From Microgenomates group bacterium RIFCSPHIGHO2_01_FULL_45_11 (GTDB taxonomy: Bacteria > Patescibacteriota > Microgenomatia > UBA1400 > 2-01-FULL-45-11), in assembly GCA_001803465.1 (NCBI GenBank), contig MHDE01000007.1, forward strand, positions 7,445-43,360: DNA of 35,916 nt, given 5' to 3'. Shown here one piece after another: positions 8,201-15,769 of the stretch (positions are counted from its first letter, which is position 1; every line of letters begins with the position of its first letter). The notes under the pieces were generated by a model that worked only from the letters and a program-made list of their open reading frames with translations, searched no databases and was not told the origin of the DNA. Position numbers and translations under genes: made by a program.

Positions 8201-8347
8201 ATGAAGCGAGTCGTGCCAACCAGCCACCGCTTACCTGACTGGTTTAAACGGGAGATAAAACACCGTAAACGTCAAATCGGGGAGAGTAAAGAACGATTTA
8301 AAATGCCGAAAATGGTGCGAATGAACGCGCCGCAAAAGCGGCCTTAG
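8201..8347 (+). CDS. Small basic hypothetical protein (48 aa)
   Basis: ATG directly after the upstream TAA: MKRVVPTSHRLPDWFKREIKHRKRQIGESKERFKMPKMVRMNAPQKRP*. Not in the ORF track. Confidence 0.4.
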   Translation: MKRVVPTSHRLPDWFKREIKHRKRQIGESKERFKMPKMVRMNAPQKRP

Positions 8348-8409
8348 CATGGCGATATTCCAAACAGTAACCTGGTTGACAACCAGGATAGAATTGGGAA
8401 GAGGAGTTT

Positions 8410-9231
8410 ATGCAGTTTGATCTAACGATCCCCAGAAAACAGGTCGACGAAGCCTATGAGCACGTCTTAGATGAGGCGGCGAAAGAAAGCACTGTCGCCG
8501 GTTTTCGCCAGGGAAAAGCGCCCCGTAAACTGGTGGAAGAAAAAGTGGGCAGAGAGAAACTAATTGAAGCCACGCTGCAGCATGTTTTGCCCAAGGCCTA
8601 CGGGGAGGCAATCCGAGAAAAGAATTTGAAACCCTTAACTTCGCCTAAAATTACTCCTAAAAAGGTAGCTAATGATGGAGATTGGGAATTTGGGGTAGAG
8701 ATTGCCGAGGCGCCAGAGGTGGCACTGGGGGATTATAAAGGAGCCATCAAATCGGCATTAGCCCAAGGTTTTATTTGGGTACCGGGTAAAGACAGCCAAG
8801 AGAAAAAGCCGACTGACGACGAAAAGCTGACTAAAATCTTTGACGCCCTGCTCTCGACTGTCAAACTAACCCTACCCGAACTGCTTCTTGAAGAAGAGGT
8901 CAATCGGGCCTTGTCACAACTTATAGACCAAACCGCTAAAGTCGGGTTGACCGTTGATCAGTACTTGGCTTCCAAAAACTTAAGTGCTGAACAGTTACGG
9001 AATGAGTATCGCAAGACCGCTGAAGAGAGGTTGAAACTGGAATTTATTCTCCAGGAGATAGCCGATGACCTGAAAATAACCGTCACTGATAAAGAAGTAG
9101 ATAGCCTCATTGTCAAAGCCGAATCTAGTGAGGAGAGAAAGCGATTTGATAACTCTCACGAACGGGAGATTCTTACCAACTTTCTTAAAAAGCGCAAAGT
9201 GCTGGACAACCTCTTGAGTTTGGCCAGCTAA
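8410..9231 (+). CDS. tig: Trigger factor (short form, apparently without the FKBP PPIase domain)
   Basis: GFRQGKAP ribosome-binding signature and C-terminal chaperone region (LKLEFILQEIA...VTDKEV). SD GAGGAG. Confidence 0.9.
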   Translation: MQFDLTIPRKQVDEAYEHVLDEAAKESTVAGFRQGKAPRKLVEEKVGREKLIEATLQHVLPKAYGEAIREKNLKPLTSPKITPKKVANDGDWEFGVEIAEAPEVALGDYKGAIKSALAQGFIWVPGKDSQEKKPTDDEKLTKIFDALLSTVKLTLPELLLEEEVNRALSQLIDQTAKVGLTVDQYLASKNLSAEQLRNEYRKTAEERLKLEFILQEIADDLKITVTDKEVDSLIVKAESSEERKRFDNSHEREILTNFLKKRKVLDNLLSLAS

Positions 9232-9255
9232 TCGAGAAAAGCAGCGCTACCGGGA

Positions 9256-9284
9256 TTGACTCTCCAACAGTAAATTGCTACAAT
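9256..9284 (+). promoter_or_regulatory. Sigma70-type promoter
   Basis: TTGACT-17 nt-TACAAT with TG extension. Confidence 0.6.
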
Positions 9285-9330
9285 GCGAGCCAAAACCGTC
9301 AGTGTTACGGAGTTTTAACGATAGGAAAAG

Positions 9331-9960
9331 ATGGATTCGACAATTAATCCTTTTAAGCCCCAAACTCGGAGGGTAAGACGACCGGCCAGTTTTGCCGAGG
9401 CTCTTCTGGAGATCGGCGGGCAGGTAGCCAGTGAAACGCGCAAAGCGGCGGGTGATATTGCGGCGGGGACGATAGATTCCTTAGTAGGTAATTTTCCTCA
9501 AGCTAGCGGCGAGCTTAAACCCCAGCAGCCGATAGATCCAGAGGCGGCTTTGCGGGAACAAGAAGCCCGGTTGAGAGCTGAACAAGAAGAGTTGAGGCGA
9601 CATCAAGAGGTAATCCAAACTACGATTTACAACCGGGAAGAAGAGGAAACTAAACGGCAAATTGAAGGGCTTCAGGCAGAGCTAAAACTTTTGGCTGAAG
9701 AGTTGGCCAAAGCCGGCATGGTGGTAGACAAAGTAGTGGATGAGGAAATTGTAGAGCCGGGAACGTATCATGTTAATTTCTTTGTTAAGATGAGGGAATT
9801 TTTGATTCAGCTGAGAAAAAGAGTGGTGGAATCGCGCAATTGGATGGCCTTAACAGCTCAACGGGCTAAATCCAAAAACTACTTCTGGGGGCAAGTGAAG
9901 AGGTCGGGGACCAAGTATCTTCTTTCCCAAGAGCGGTATATGTCAACGTCGGGCGGTTAA
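9331..9960 (+). CDS. Coiled-coil hypothetical protein (resembles CPR DUF5660 from memory)
   Basis: Central coiled coil and C-terminal PGTYHVNFF...YFWG...SGTKYLLSQER. The family assignment is recalled, not searched. Confidence 0.65.
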   Translation: MDSTINPFKPQTRRVRRPASFAEALLEIGGQVASETRKAAGDIAAGTIDSLVGNFPQASGELKPQQPIDPEAALREQEARLRAEQEELRRHQEVIQTTIYNREEEETKRQIEGLQAELKLLAEELAKAGMVVDKVVDEEIVEPGTYHVNFFVKMREFLIQLRKRVVESRNWMALTAQRAKSKNYFWGQVKRSGTKYLLSQERYMSTSGG

Positions 9961-10019
9961 TTGATTTTTAGATTTTCTTAGATAATTTTCCTGATTGATT
10001 GATGTTATAATGACGCAGC

Positions 10020-10093
10020 GGAGCCGTAGCTCAGTTGGTTAGAGCGTTGCATTGACATTGCAAAGGTCTGTGGTTCAAATCCACACGGCTCCA
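10020..10093 (+). tRNA. tRNA-Val(GAC)
   Basis: GGAGCCG acceptor, TTGCA TT-GAC-AT TGCAA, GGTTCAAATCC, CGGCTCC-A. TGTTATAAT lies just upstream. Confidence 0.95.
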
Positions 10094-10096
10094 CTG

Positions 10097-10135
10097 CCTG
10101 GTAAGGAACTTCCTTTAAAGGAAGTTCCTTTAAAG
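10097..10135. repeat. 15-bp-period palindromic repeat
   Basis: CCTGGTAAGGAACTT-CCTTTAAAGGAAGTT-CCTTTAAAG, with a perfect 28-bp palindrome at 10103-10130. Related array at 12407. Confidence 0.75.
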
Positions 10136-10150
10136 CTATTAGTTGGAAAT

Positions 10151-10825
10151 ATGATCGAGCCGAGAGTAATCGAAGTCACCGGCAAGTTTTTGGGAGGATT
10201 GGAAAAAGCCAGTGAGGTTTCGGCGTGGGCAAAGGATAATCTCAATCGGGTGGAGGAGTTCCGGCAAGGATATGATGAATTGATTGGGTTAATGAATGAC
10301 GTACCAGGAGACTCTCCGCTACTGGCAGTAATGCCGGAAACAGGGAAGCTAAAAAGGTTATTGGATAAACAAAAGCTGCCTTTAACCGAAGAAATGGCAG
10401 ATGGTAATTTTGCTTTGGCTCTGCTCGAGGCCAGAGGGCCGATGATCTATGGCCAAAAAATCAAACAGGGAGAAATAACTCAGCCGAGTGACGAAGATCG
10501 ACAATATGCGATTGGAACACCCTCAATGGCTACCTCAATTGAAGCTTTGGTGGTAGGGACAATGGGGCATCTTATCGAACGGACTTTTTTCCAATGGGCG
10601 AGAAAACATGGTTTTAACCCTGAAGGTGGTTGGAAGAAGGATGATTTCCTTCACGCTCTCATGGAAGTAACGTTATTTAGGCTGGCACAGGAGAAAAGCC
10701 TACTACTGATCGATTATTTCCTCCATTCCAATGCCGAAGGTGGCCTAGGTTGGTTAACTTTGGATAAAATAGACAAGTTTAACAACCAGTTGGTACAACT
10801 AGAATGGGGAAGTGCTACACCTTAA
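10151..10825 (+). CDS. Hypothetical protein
   Basis: Long ORF. Start moved to ATG 10151 because the longer call overlaps tRNA-Val. Confidence 0.65.
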   Translation: MIEPRVIEVTGKFLGGLEKASEVSAWAKDNLNRVEEFRQGYDELIGLMNDVPGDSPLLAVMPETGKLKRLLDKQKLPLTEEMADGNFALALLEARGPMIYGQKIKQGEITQPSDEDRQYAIGTPSMATSIEALVVGTMGHLIERTFFQWARKHGFNPEGGWKKDDFLHALMEVTLFRLAQEKSLLLIDYFLHSNAEGGLGWLTLDKIDKFNNQLVQLEWGSATP

Positions 10826-10830
10826 TTTTA

Positions 10831-10936
10831 TATAATATCTAACTCTGGCTGGAACCAGAGCGATGTTACAAGCTTCGCTTATAATATCTAACTCTGGCTG
10901 GAACCAGAGCGATGTTACAAGCTTCGCTTATAATAT
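10831..10936. repeat. Exact 49-bp tandem duplication (about 2.2 copies)
   Basis: Unit TATAATATCTAACTCTGGCTGGAACCAGAGCGATGTTACAAGCTTCGCT starts at 10831 and 10880, with a partial copy at 10929. Confidence 0.9.
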
Positions 10937-10998
10937 TATAGTGGGGTATTGAGTTAAAAGGGATATGATTTAATTAGTACGGTTATGTCGCTTAAAAT

Positions 10999-11247
10999 AT
11001 GACTTTGTCAGCGGATGTAAAACCAGGATTTTGGGATTTAGCGGACGTAGTCTATGGGAAAAATGCCGATGGTACAGTTTCAATCATTTATAAGTACGTC
11101 GTCGGTGCAGAGGAATGGTTTTCTGAAGTCAGAGTTGACCTAATGGATCCGGCTACCATTCTTAAGCCTCTTGAACCTCTGATTCCTGACAGTAACCAGT
11201 TGGGTTTAATGATTCAATATAGTTTAGTTAAAAGAACAATCGGGTGA
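10999..11247 (+). CDS. Small hypothetical protein
   Basis: 82-aa ORF filling the gap before dcd. Confidence 0.5.
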   Translation: MTLSADVKPGFWDLADVVYGKNADGTVSIIYKYVVGAEEWFSEVRVDLMDPATILKPLEPLIPDSNQLGLMIQYSLVKRTIG

Positions 11248-11278
11248 CTAAAGTTAAGAGTTACACACTTACTCTTTT

Positions 11279-11851
11279 ATGATTTTGGCGGATAAGGATC
11301 TTAAGAAAGCGTTGCGGCAAAAGCGGATTATTTTTAGGCCGACTCTTGACCTAAAAACGCAGCTTGGTTCCTGCTCAGTTGACTTGAGGCTAGGAACGTC
11401 GTTTAGCGTCTTCAAACACAGCCGCTTTCCTTATATTGACCCGCATGATCCGAAGCTCTCCAGTGATATGATGGAGAGTTTAACAGTGGCTGTCGGTGAC
11501 AAATTTATCCTGCAGCCTGGTGATTTTGTGTTGGCGGTATCGATTGAGTCGTTCAAACTACCCAACAATTTACTGGCTCGGATTGAAGGTCGCTCCAGTT
11601 TGGGAAGATTGGGAATTGTGGTGCATTCGACGGCATCGATTTTTGAGCCGGGATGGGAGGGGGTAGCGGTCATGGAACTGGGGAATATGGGTAGGATGCC
11701 GGTGGCTTTGTACCCGGGCATGCGGATTGCGGCGCTAACTTTTGAAGAATTGAGTTCACCGGCAGAGGTACCGTATTCGAAGAAGAGGGGAGCTAAGTAC
11801 CTGAAACAAAAAACGCCCACCGCGAGCAAAATTGCTGAAGAGTCGAGCTAG
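11279..11851 (+). CDS. dcd: dCTP deaminase
   Basis: MILADKD, SVDLRLG, EGRSSLGRLG, PGWEG...ELGN and LYPGMRI motifs. Confidence 0.95.
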   Translation: MILADKDLKKALRQKRIIFRPTLDLKTQLGSCSVDLRLGTSFSVFKHSRFPYIDPHDPKLSSDMMESLTVAVGDKFILQPGDFVLAVSIESFKLPNNLLARIEGRSSLGRLGIVVHSTASIFEPGWEGVAVMELGNMGRMPVALYPGMRIAALTFEELSSPAEVPYSKKRGAKYLKQKTPTASKIAEESS

Positions 11852-11855
11852 TTGG

Positions 11856-11884
11856 TTGCACGAGTTGCTTTTTTTTGCTAAACT
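11856..11884 (+). promoter_or_regulatory. Promoter for the T-box leader/thrS transcript
   Basis: TTGCAC-17 nt-TAAACT with TG extension. Confidence 0.6.
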
Positions 11885-11893
11885 AAAATTCTA

Positions 11894-12049
11894 ATCCCAC
11901 TATTGATCTGGCTTACCATCCAGGGAAGCGGGCGGACTGGGACGAACCCAGAGAACGAAGTTGTCCCGATATTACATCGGGGAAATGGGGTGGAACCATC
12001 CCGATATCAATTGGGGTCCCCATGGCTAGAAGTGGCCATGGGTTTTTTT
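11894..12049 (+). promoter_or_regulatory. Compact T-box riboswitch (Thr specifier), transcriptional type
   Basis: Antiterminator ATGGGG-TGGAACC(11991-11997)-ATCCCGAT/ATTGGGGT-CCCCAT overlaps a terminator. ACC at 11915-11917 sits in the loop of a short stem. Confidence 0.8.
12018..12049 (+). terminator. Intrinsic terminator of the T-box leader
   Basis: CCCATGGCTA-GAAG-TGGCCATGGG followed by T7. Confidence 0.85.
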
Positions 12050-12064
12050 AGTAAAAAGGACATT

Positions 12065-12394
12065 ATGAATGACCAATCGGCTGAAAAGACTGTTAATCAA
12101 AGTGTGGTTAAGGAAGAGAGGATGGGAGAGACGAAGACCGTGTACAACGCCTCGGGTGGGGAAGTGTTTTGGAAGAACTTCTTGGCTGGTTTTGGCCGAG
12201 CTTTAGGAAGTGTTTTCGTGTATTTGCTTTTTCTGGGATTAATCGTTTATCTATTCACCAATTACCTGTTTCCCCAGATTAAACCATGGCTTGATCAGTA
12301 CGCCAAAGCCATTGAGGTTTTGACTCAGCAAAAAGGCGGGCAGTCCGGTAATCAACAAGAATTACAACAAATGATGGAGAAATTATATCGATAG
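12065..12394 (+). CDS. Small single-pass membrane protein (109 aa)
   Basis: SD AAGGA before ATG 12065; FWKNFLAGFGRALG plus a TM segment. The longer call (11903) runs through the T-box. Confidence 0.7.
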   Translation: MNDQSAEKTVNQSVVKEERMGETKTVYNASGGEVFWKNFLAGFGRALGSVFVYLLFLGLIVYLFTNYLFPQIKPWLDQYAKAIEVLTQQKGGQSGNQQELQQMMEKLYR

Positions 12395-12406
12395 CAGTTG
12401 ATTTGG

Positions 12407-12460
12407 CCTGGCAAGGAAGTTCCTTGCAAGGATGTTCCTTACAGGGATGGACCTGGTAAG
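12407..12460. repeat. 15-bp-period palindromic repeat (about 3.5 units)
   Basis: CCTGGCAAGGAAGTT-CCTTGCAAGGATGTT-CCTTACAGGGATGGA-CCTGGTAAG, immediately before the thrS ATG. Confidence 0.7.
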
Positions 12461-12462
12461 AT

Positions 12463-14232
12463 ATGAAGCTTGATAACCAAGAACAACTTGAGGCATTGCG
12501 GCATTCAACTGCTCATTTATTGGCGGCGGCGGTGATGGAGTTGTGGCCCAAGGCTAAACGGACGATTGGGCCGGCGATTGAGGACGGCTTTTATTACGAC
12601 TTTGATTTCGCCGGGTACAAGTCTCCCCCGGGTGAAGCTGACTTTCCTAAGATTGAGGCTAAGATGCGGGAGTTGGTCAAAGATTGGAAAGACTTTAAAA
12701 GGGAAGAATTAACGATATCAGAAGCAAAGGCCCGGTATCCTGGTAACTCTTTTAAGCATGAACTGATTGAGGAATTTTCCGAAGGCGGAAAGAAAAAATT
12801 GAGTTTTTACACCTCGGGGAACTATTCTGATCTCTGCAAGGGCGGACATATTTCCGAACCCAGCAAGAAACTCAAATATTTCAAATTGCTGTCTGTCGCC
12901 GGCGCCTACTGGCGAGGTGATGAGACGAAGCCGGTCTTAACCAGAATTTACGGCACAGCTTGGTTTAGCCAAAAAGAGTTGGATGAGTACATTCGGCGGC
13001 GGGAGGAAGCCAAGAAACGCGATCATCGGAAACTTGGTAAGGAATTGGGACTTTTCTTAATTAGCGAAGATGTGGGACCGGGGCTTATCTTGTGGCAACC
13101 GAAAGGTAATATCATCAAAGAAGAACTGGAGAATTGGGCGAAACAGGCTGAAAAGTCTTGGGGGTATCAGCGAGTAACGACGCCGAATATTACTAAAGCG
13201 GGGCTTTACTACACTTCCGGCCATTTGCCGTATTACCAAAAGGATATGTACCCGCCGATGAAGTTAGATGACGGCGAAGAATATTTTTTGAAACCGATGA
13301 ATTGTCCGCATCATCATCAGATTTATAAGGCAAAGCCACGAAGTTATCGAGAGCTGCCGCTAAGACTGGCTGAATTTGGCACCTGCTATCGCTACGAAAG
13401 TTCAGGCGAGCTGTTTGGACTAATGCGGGTTAGAGGCTTTACCCAAAACGACTCCCATATTTACTGTACTAAAGAACAAGCAGTGGACGAATTTGTGGCG
13501 GTGATGAAGCTTCATGAATACTATTACCGGACGCTTGGCATCAACGAATATCATTTGGAGTTGGCTCTCCGCGATCCTAAAGACAGTGGGAAGTATCATG
13601 GGGATGACAAAATGTGGGCATTGGCAGAGAAATTGATGCGTCAAGCTGCAAGCAAAGTGGACATTCCTATGGTGGAGTCAATAGGCAATGCGGCTTTTTA
13701 CGGTCCAAAAATCGATTTTATTATTCACTCGTCCATCGGCCGGGAGTTTGCCATTTCGACAAACCAGATTGATTTGTATATGGGACAACGATTTAAGCTC
13801 ACCTACACTGATAGAGACGGTTCAGAGAAAACGCCGGTCATTATTCACCGGGCTCCCTTGGGTTCTCACGAACGGTTCATTGGGTTTTTGATTGAGCATT
13901 TTGGTGGAGCCTTTCCGACTTGGCTCACCCCTGTTCAGGTAAAAGTGCTGCCGGTAACCGACCGTCAGTTAGCTTACGCTAAGTTGGTAACCAAGCAATT
14001 AGACGAGGCAAATGTCCGAGCGGAAGTCGACGAGGGCAACGAAACTCTGTCGGCAAAGATTCGCGATGCCCAACTAGAAAAGGTTGCTTATATGCTCATT
14101 GTCGGCGACAAAGAAGAAAAAGAAAAGACAGTTACCGAACGGAGGAGAAGCGGCAAGGATTTTGGGGCACAACCACTGAAAAAGTTTATAGAGAGTATTA
14201 GAAAAGAGATTGAGGAAAAGACAATCAATTAG
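12463..14232 (+). CDS. thrS: Threonine--tRNA ligase (no N-terminal TGS domain)
   Basis: LRHSTAHLLA, DLCKGGH, RDHRKLG, KPMNCPHH, FYGPKID and HRAPLGSHERF motifs. Confidence 0.98.
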   Translation: MKLDNQEQLEALRHSTAHLLAAAVMELWPKAKRTIGPAIEDGFYYDFDFAGYKSPPGEADFPKIEAKMRELVKDWKDFKREELTISEAKARYPGNSFKHELIEEFSEGGKKKLSFYTSGNYSDLCKGGHISEPSKKLKYFKLLSVAGAYWRGDETKPVLTRIYGTAWFSQKELDEYIRRREEAKKRDHRKLGKELGLFLISEDVGPGLILWQPKGNIIKEELENWAKQAEKSWGYQRVTTPNITKAGLYYTSGHLPYYQKDMYPPMKLDDGEEYFLKPMNCPHHHQIYKAKPRSYRELPLRLAEFGTCYRYESSGELFGLMRVRGFTQNDSHIYCTKEQAVDEFVAVMKLHEYYYRTLGINEYHLELALRDPKDSGKYHGDDKMWALAEKLMRQAASKVDIPMVESIGNAAFYGPKIDFIIHSSIGREFAISTNQIDLYMGQRFKLTYTDRDGSEKTPVIIHRAPLGSHERFIGFLIEHFGGAFPTWLTPVQVKVLPVTDRQLAYAKLVTKQLDEANVRAEVDEGNETLSAKIRDAQLEKVAYMLIVGDKEEKEKTVTERRRSGKDFGAQPLKKFIESIRKEIEEKTIN

Positions 14233-14308
14233 AAATTTATAAATGTATCCTTGATGGCTAATTGCGCAAATAAGGATCGTATAGTACAATTTACCCTGGA
14301 GGAGTACC

Positions 14309-14821
14309 ATTAGTCGCCCGTTTTATCAATTAAACCAGCACATTAAAGCGGAAACGCTGCGAGTAGTGGACGAAGAGGCGGGCCAAATTGGAGTCATGTC
14401 CAAAATGGAAGCGTTGAATCTGGCCCACGAAAAAGAGGCAGACTTAATTTTAGTGGCCCCGAACGCCAATCCACCAGTCGCCAAAATCATCATCTTTGCC
14501 AAGTTTAAGTACCAACAGCAGCAGAAAGAAGCCAGCGGCAGGAAAAAGGCCAAAGCGGTGGACATTAAAGAAATTCGGTTCACGCCATTTATTGCCGAAG
14601 GTGATTATAATCAGCGAATTAAACGGGTACGACAATTTTTAGAGGATGGCGACAAAGTGAGACTGACGGTAAAATTTGTCGGCCGGCAAATTACGAGGAA
14701 AGACTTTGGAGATAAGTTGTTAAATAAGGCTGTAAGCGAATTGTCGGATATAGCCACGGTGGAATTTCCGCACCGGTTGATGGGTAAACTATTGTATACC
14801 CAGTTACAGAGAAAGAAGTAG
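14309..14821 (+). CDS. infC: Translation initiation factor IF-3 with ATT start
   Basis: GGAGGAG SD, then an in-frame ATT at 14309. ADLILVAPNANPPVAKI and FLEDGDKV motifs. Confidence 0.95.
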   Translation: MSRPFYQLNQHIKAETLRVVDEEAGQIGVMSKMEALNLAHEKEADLILVAPNANPPVAKIIIFAKFKYQQQQKEASGRKKAKAVDIKEIRFTPFIAEGDYNQRIKRVRQFLEDGDKVRLTVKFVGRQITRKDFGDKLLNKAVSELSDIATVEFPHRLMGKLLYTQLQRKK

Positions 14822-14862
14822 AACATAGAGCTGAGAGCATGAAGAGTGAGTGAAGGAAACGT

Positions 14863-15057
14863 ATGCCGAAGGTTAAGACCAGAAAAATTGTGGCCAAGCG
14901 GTTTAAAATTACCAAGACCGGTAAAATTTTACGCCGGGCTCAGAATATGCGCCATTTGCGGCGGAGAAAGTCTAAGCGGCAAATTCGCGCTTACCGGGTG
15001 CCGAAGCAAGTAACGGGAAAAATGGCCAAAAAAATACGAACGATGTTGGGAAGGTAG
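14863..15057 (+). CDS. rpmI: 50S ribosomal protein L35
   Basis: MPKVKTRKIVAKRFKITKTGK; synteny with infC and rplT. Confidence 0.95.
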   Translation: MPKVKTRKIVAKRFKITKTGKILRRAQNMRHLRRRKSKRQIRAYRVPKQVTGKMAKKIRTMLGR

Positions 15058-15296
15058 TGAGCAATAAACGCCGTTTTAACCGTTTGTTTAACCAAACTGC
15101 CAGAGCTTTGAAAGCAGTCAGGGCGGCACAGGTTTTTGGCAGATTGAATCGGTTGATGCCTTATACCTTACCTGTCGATAATTTTTTTCGAAGGCATATT
15201 AATAAAATTAGACAAAAAGATTGGTTGAAAAGGAGTAAACCATGGCCAGAGTCAAAACCGGGCCCAGCCGGAGGCGACACCATAAAAAAGTCTTAG
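15057..15296 (+). CDS. Possible small basic protein between rpmI and rplT
   Basis: The GTG start overlaps the rpmI stop (TAGTG). Arg/Lys-rich. The last 55 nt overlap rplT. Confidence 0.35.
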   Translation: MSNKRRFNRLFNQTARALKAVRAAQVFGRLNRLMPYTLPVDNFFRRHINKIRQKDWLKRSKPWPESKPGPAGGDTIKKS

Positions 15297-15601
15297 CTAG
15301 AACGGCCGGCATGCGCATGTCGAAGGGCCGGCTGTATAAGGTAAGTCGGGAGGCAGACCTTCACGCTGGGCAGTATGCCTATATTGGTAGAAGACTGAGA
15401 AAACGCGATATGAGGAGGTTATGGATACTTAGAATTAATGCGGCTCTCAAAAGCTATAAGTTAGAGATAACCTATTCTCGTCTTATCCCGCTACTAAAAA
15501 AAGCAAAGATAGAACTGGACAGAAAAATTTTGGCAGAGTTGGCGGTAACTGATCCGGATACTTTCAAGGCTGTGGTTGACAAAGCAAAGGGCTCTCAATA
15601 A
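15242..15601 (+). CDS. rplT: 50S ribosomal protein L20
   Basis: [23 protein letters not shown] and [11 protein letters not shown] motifs. SD AAGGAG. Confidence 0.97.
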   Translation: MARVKTGPSRRRHHKKVLARTAGMRMSKGRLYKVSREADLHAGQYAYIGRRLRKRDMRRLWILRINAALKSYKLEITYSRLIPLLKKAKIELDRKILAELAVTDPDTFKAVVDKAKGSQ

Positions 15602-15602
15602 A

Positions 15603-15659
15603 ATGCAAGTAATGACTAGTTTAATCGCCTTCACCGCTTTCTTTTTTAGCCTCGGCTAA
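15603..15659 (+). CDS. Phe-rich leader peptide (PheM-like), MQVMTSLIAFTAFFFSLG
   Basis: Four Phe codons, three of them consecutive (15639-15647), between rplT and pheS. Alternative start at 15612. Confidence 0.8.
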   Translation: MQVMTSLIAFTAFFFSLG

Positions 15660-15711
15660 AGGGGAGCGGTCAGGTGGCGTTTTTGACAAGCTCCCCAAGG
15701 GGGCTTTTTTT
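15633..15711 (+). promoter_or_regulatory. Ribosome-mediated transcription attenuator of pheST
   Basis: 1:2 ACCGCTTTCTTT/AAAGGGGAGCGGT; 2:3 GGGGAGC/GCTCCCC; 3:4 terminator AAGCTCCC-CAA-GGGGGCTT plus T run. Confidence 0.8.
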
Positions 15712-15769
15712 ATTGGAAAAATTACTCACAATTGCCGCCAGCTTAAAACTTAAGTAGACTAGAAGAACG

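Noticed and set aside
10052-10150. N-terminal extension of the 10052-10825 ORF
   Set aside because: It overlaps tRNA-Val and the palindromic repeat.
10831-10936. Possible CRISPR array
   Set aside because: The units are identical end to end with no unique spacers, and there are no cas genes.
11903-12064. N-terminal extension of the 11903-12394 ORF
   Set aside because: It overlaps the T-box and terminator, and an SD-supported ATG exists at 12065.
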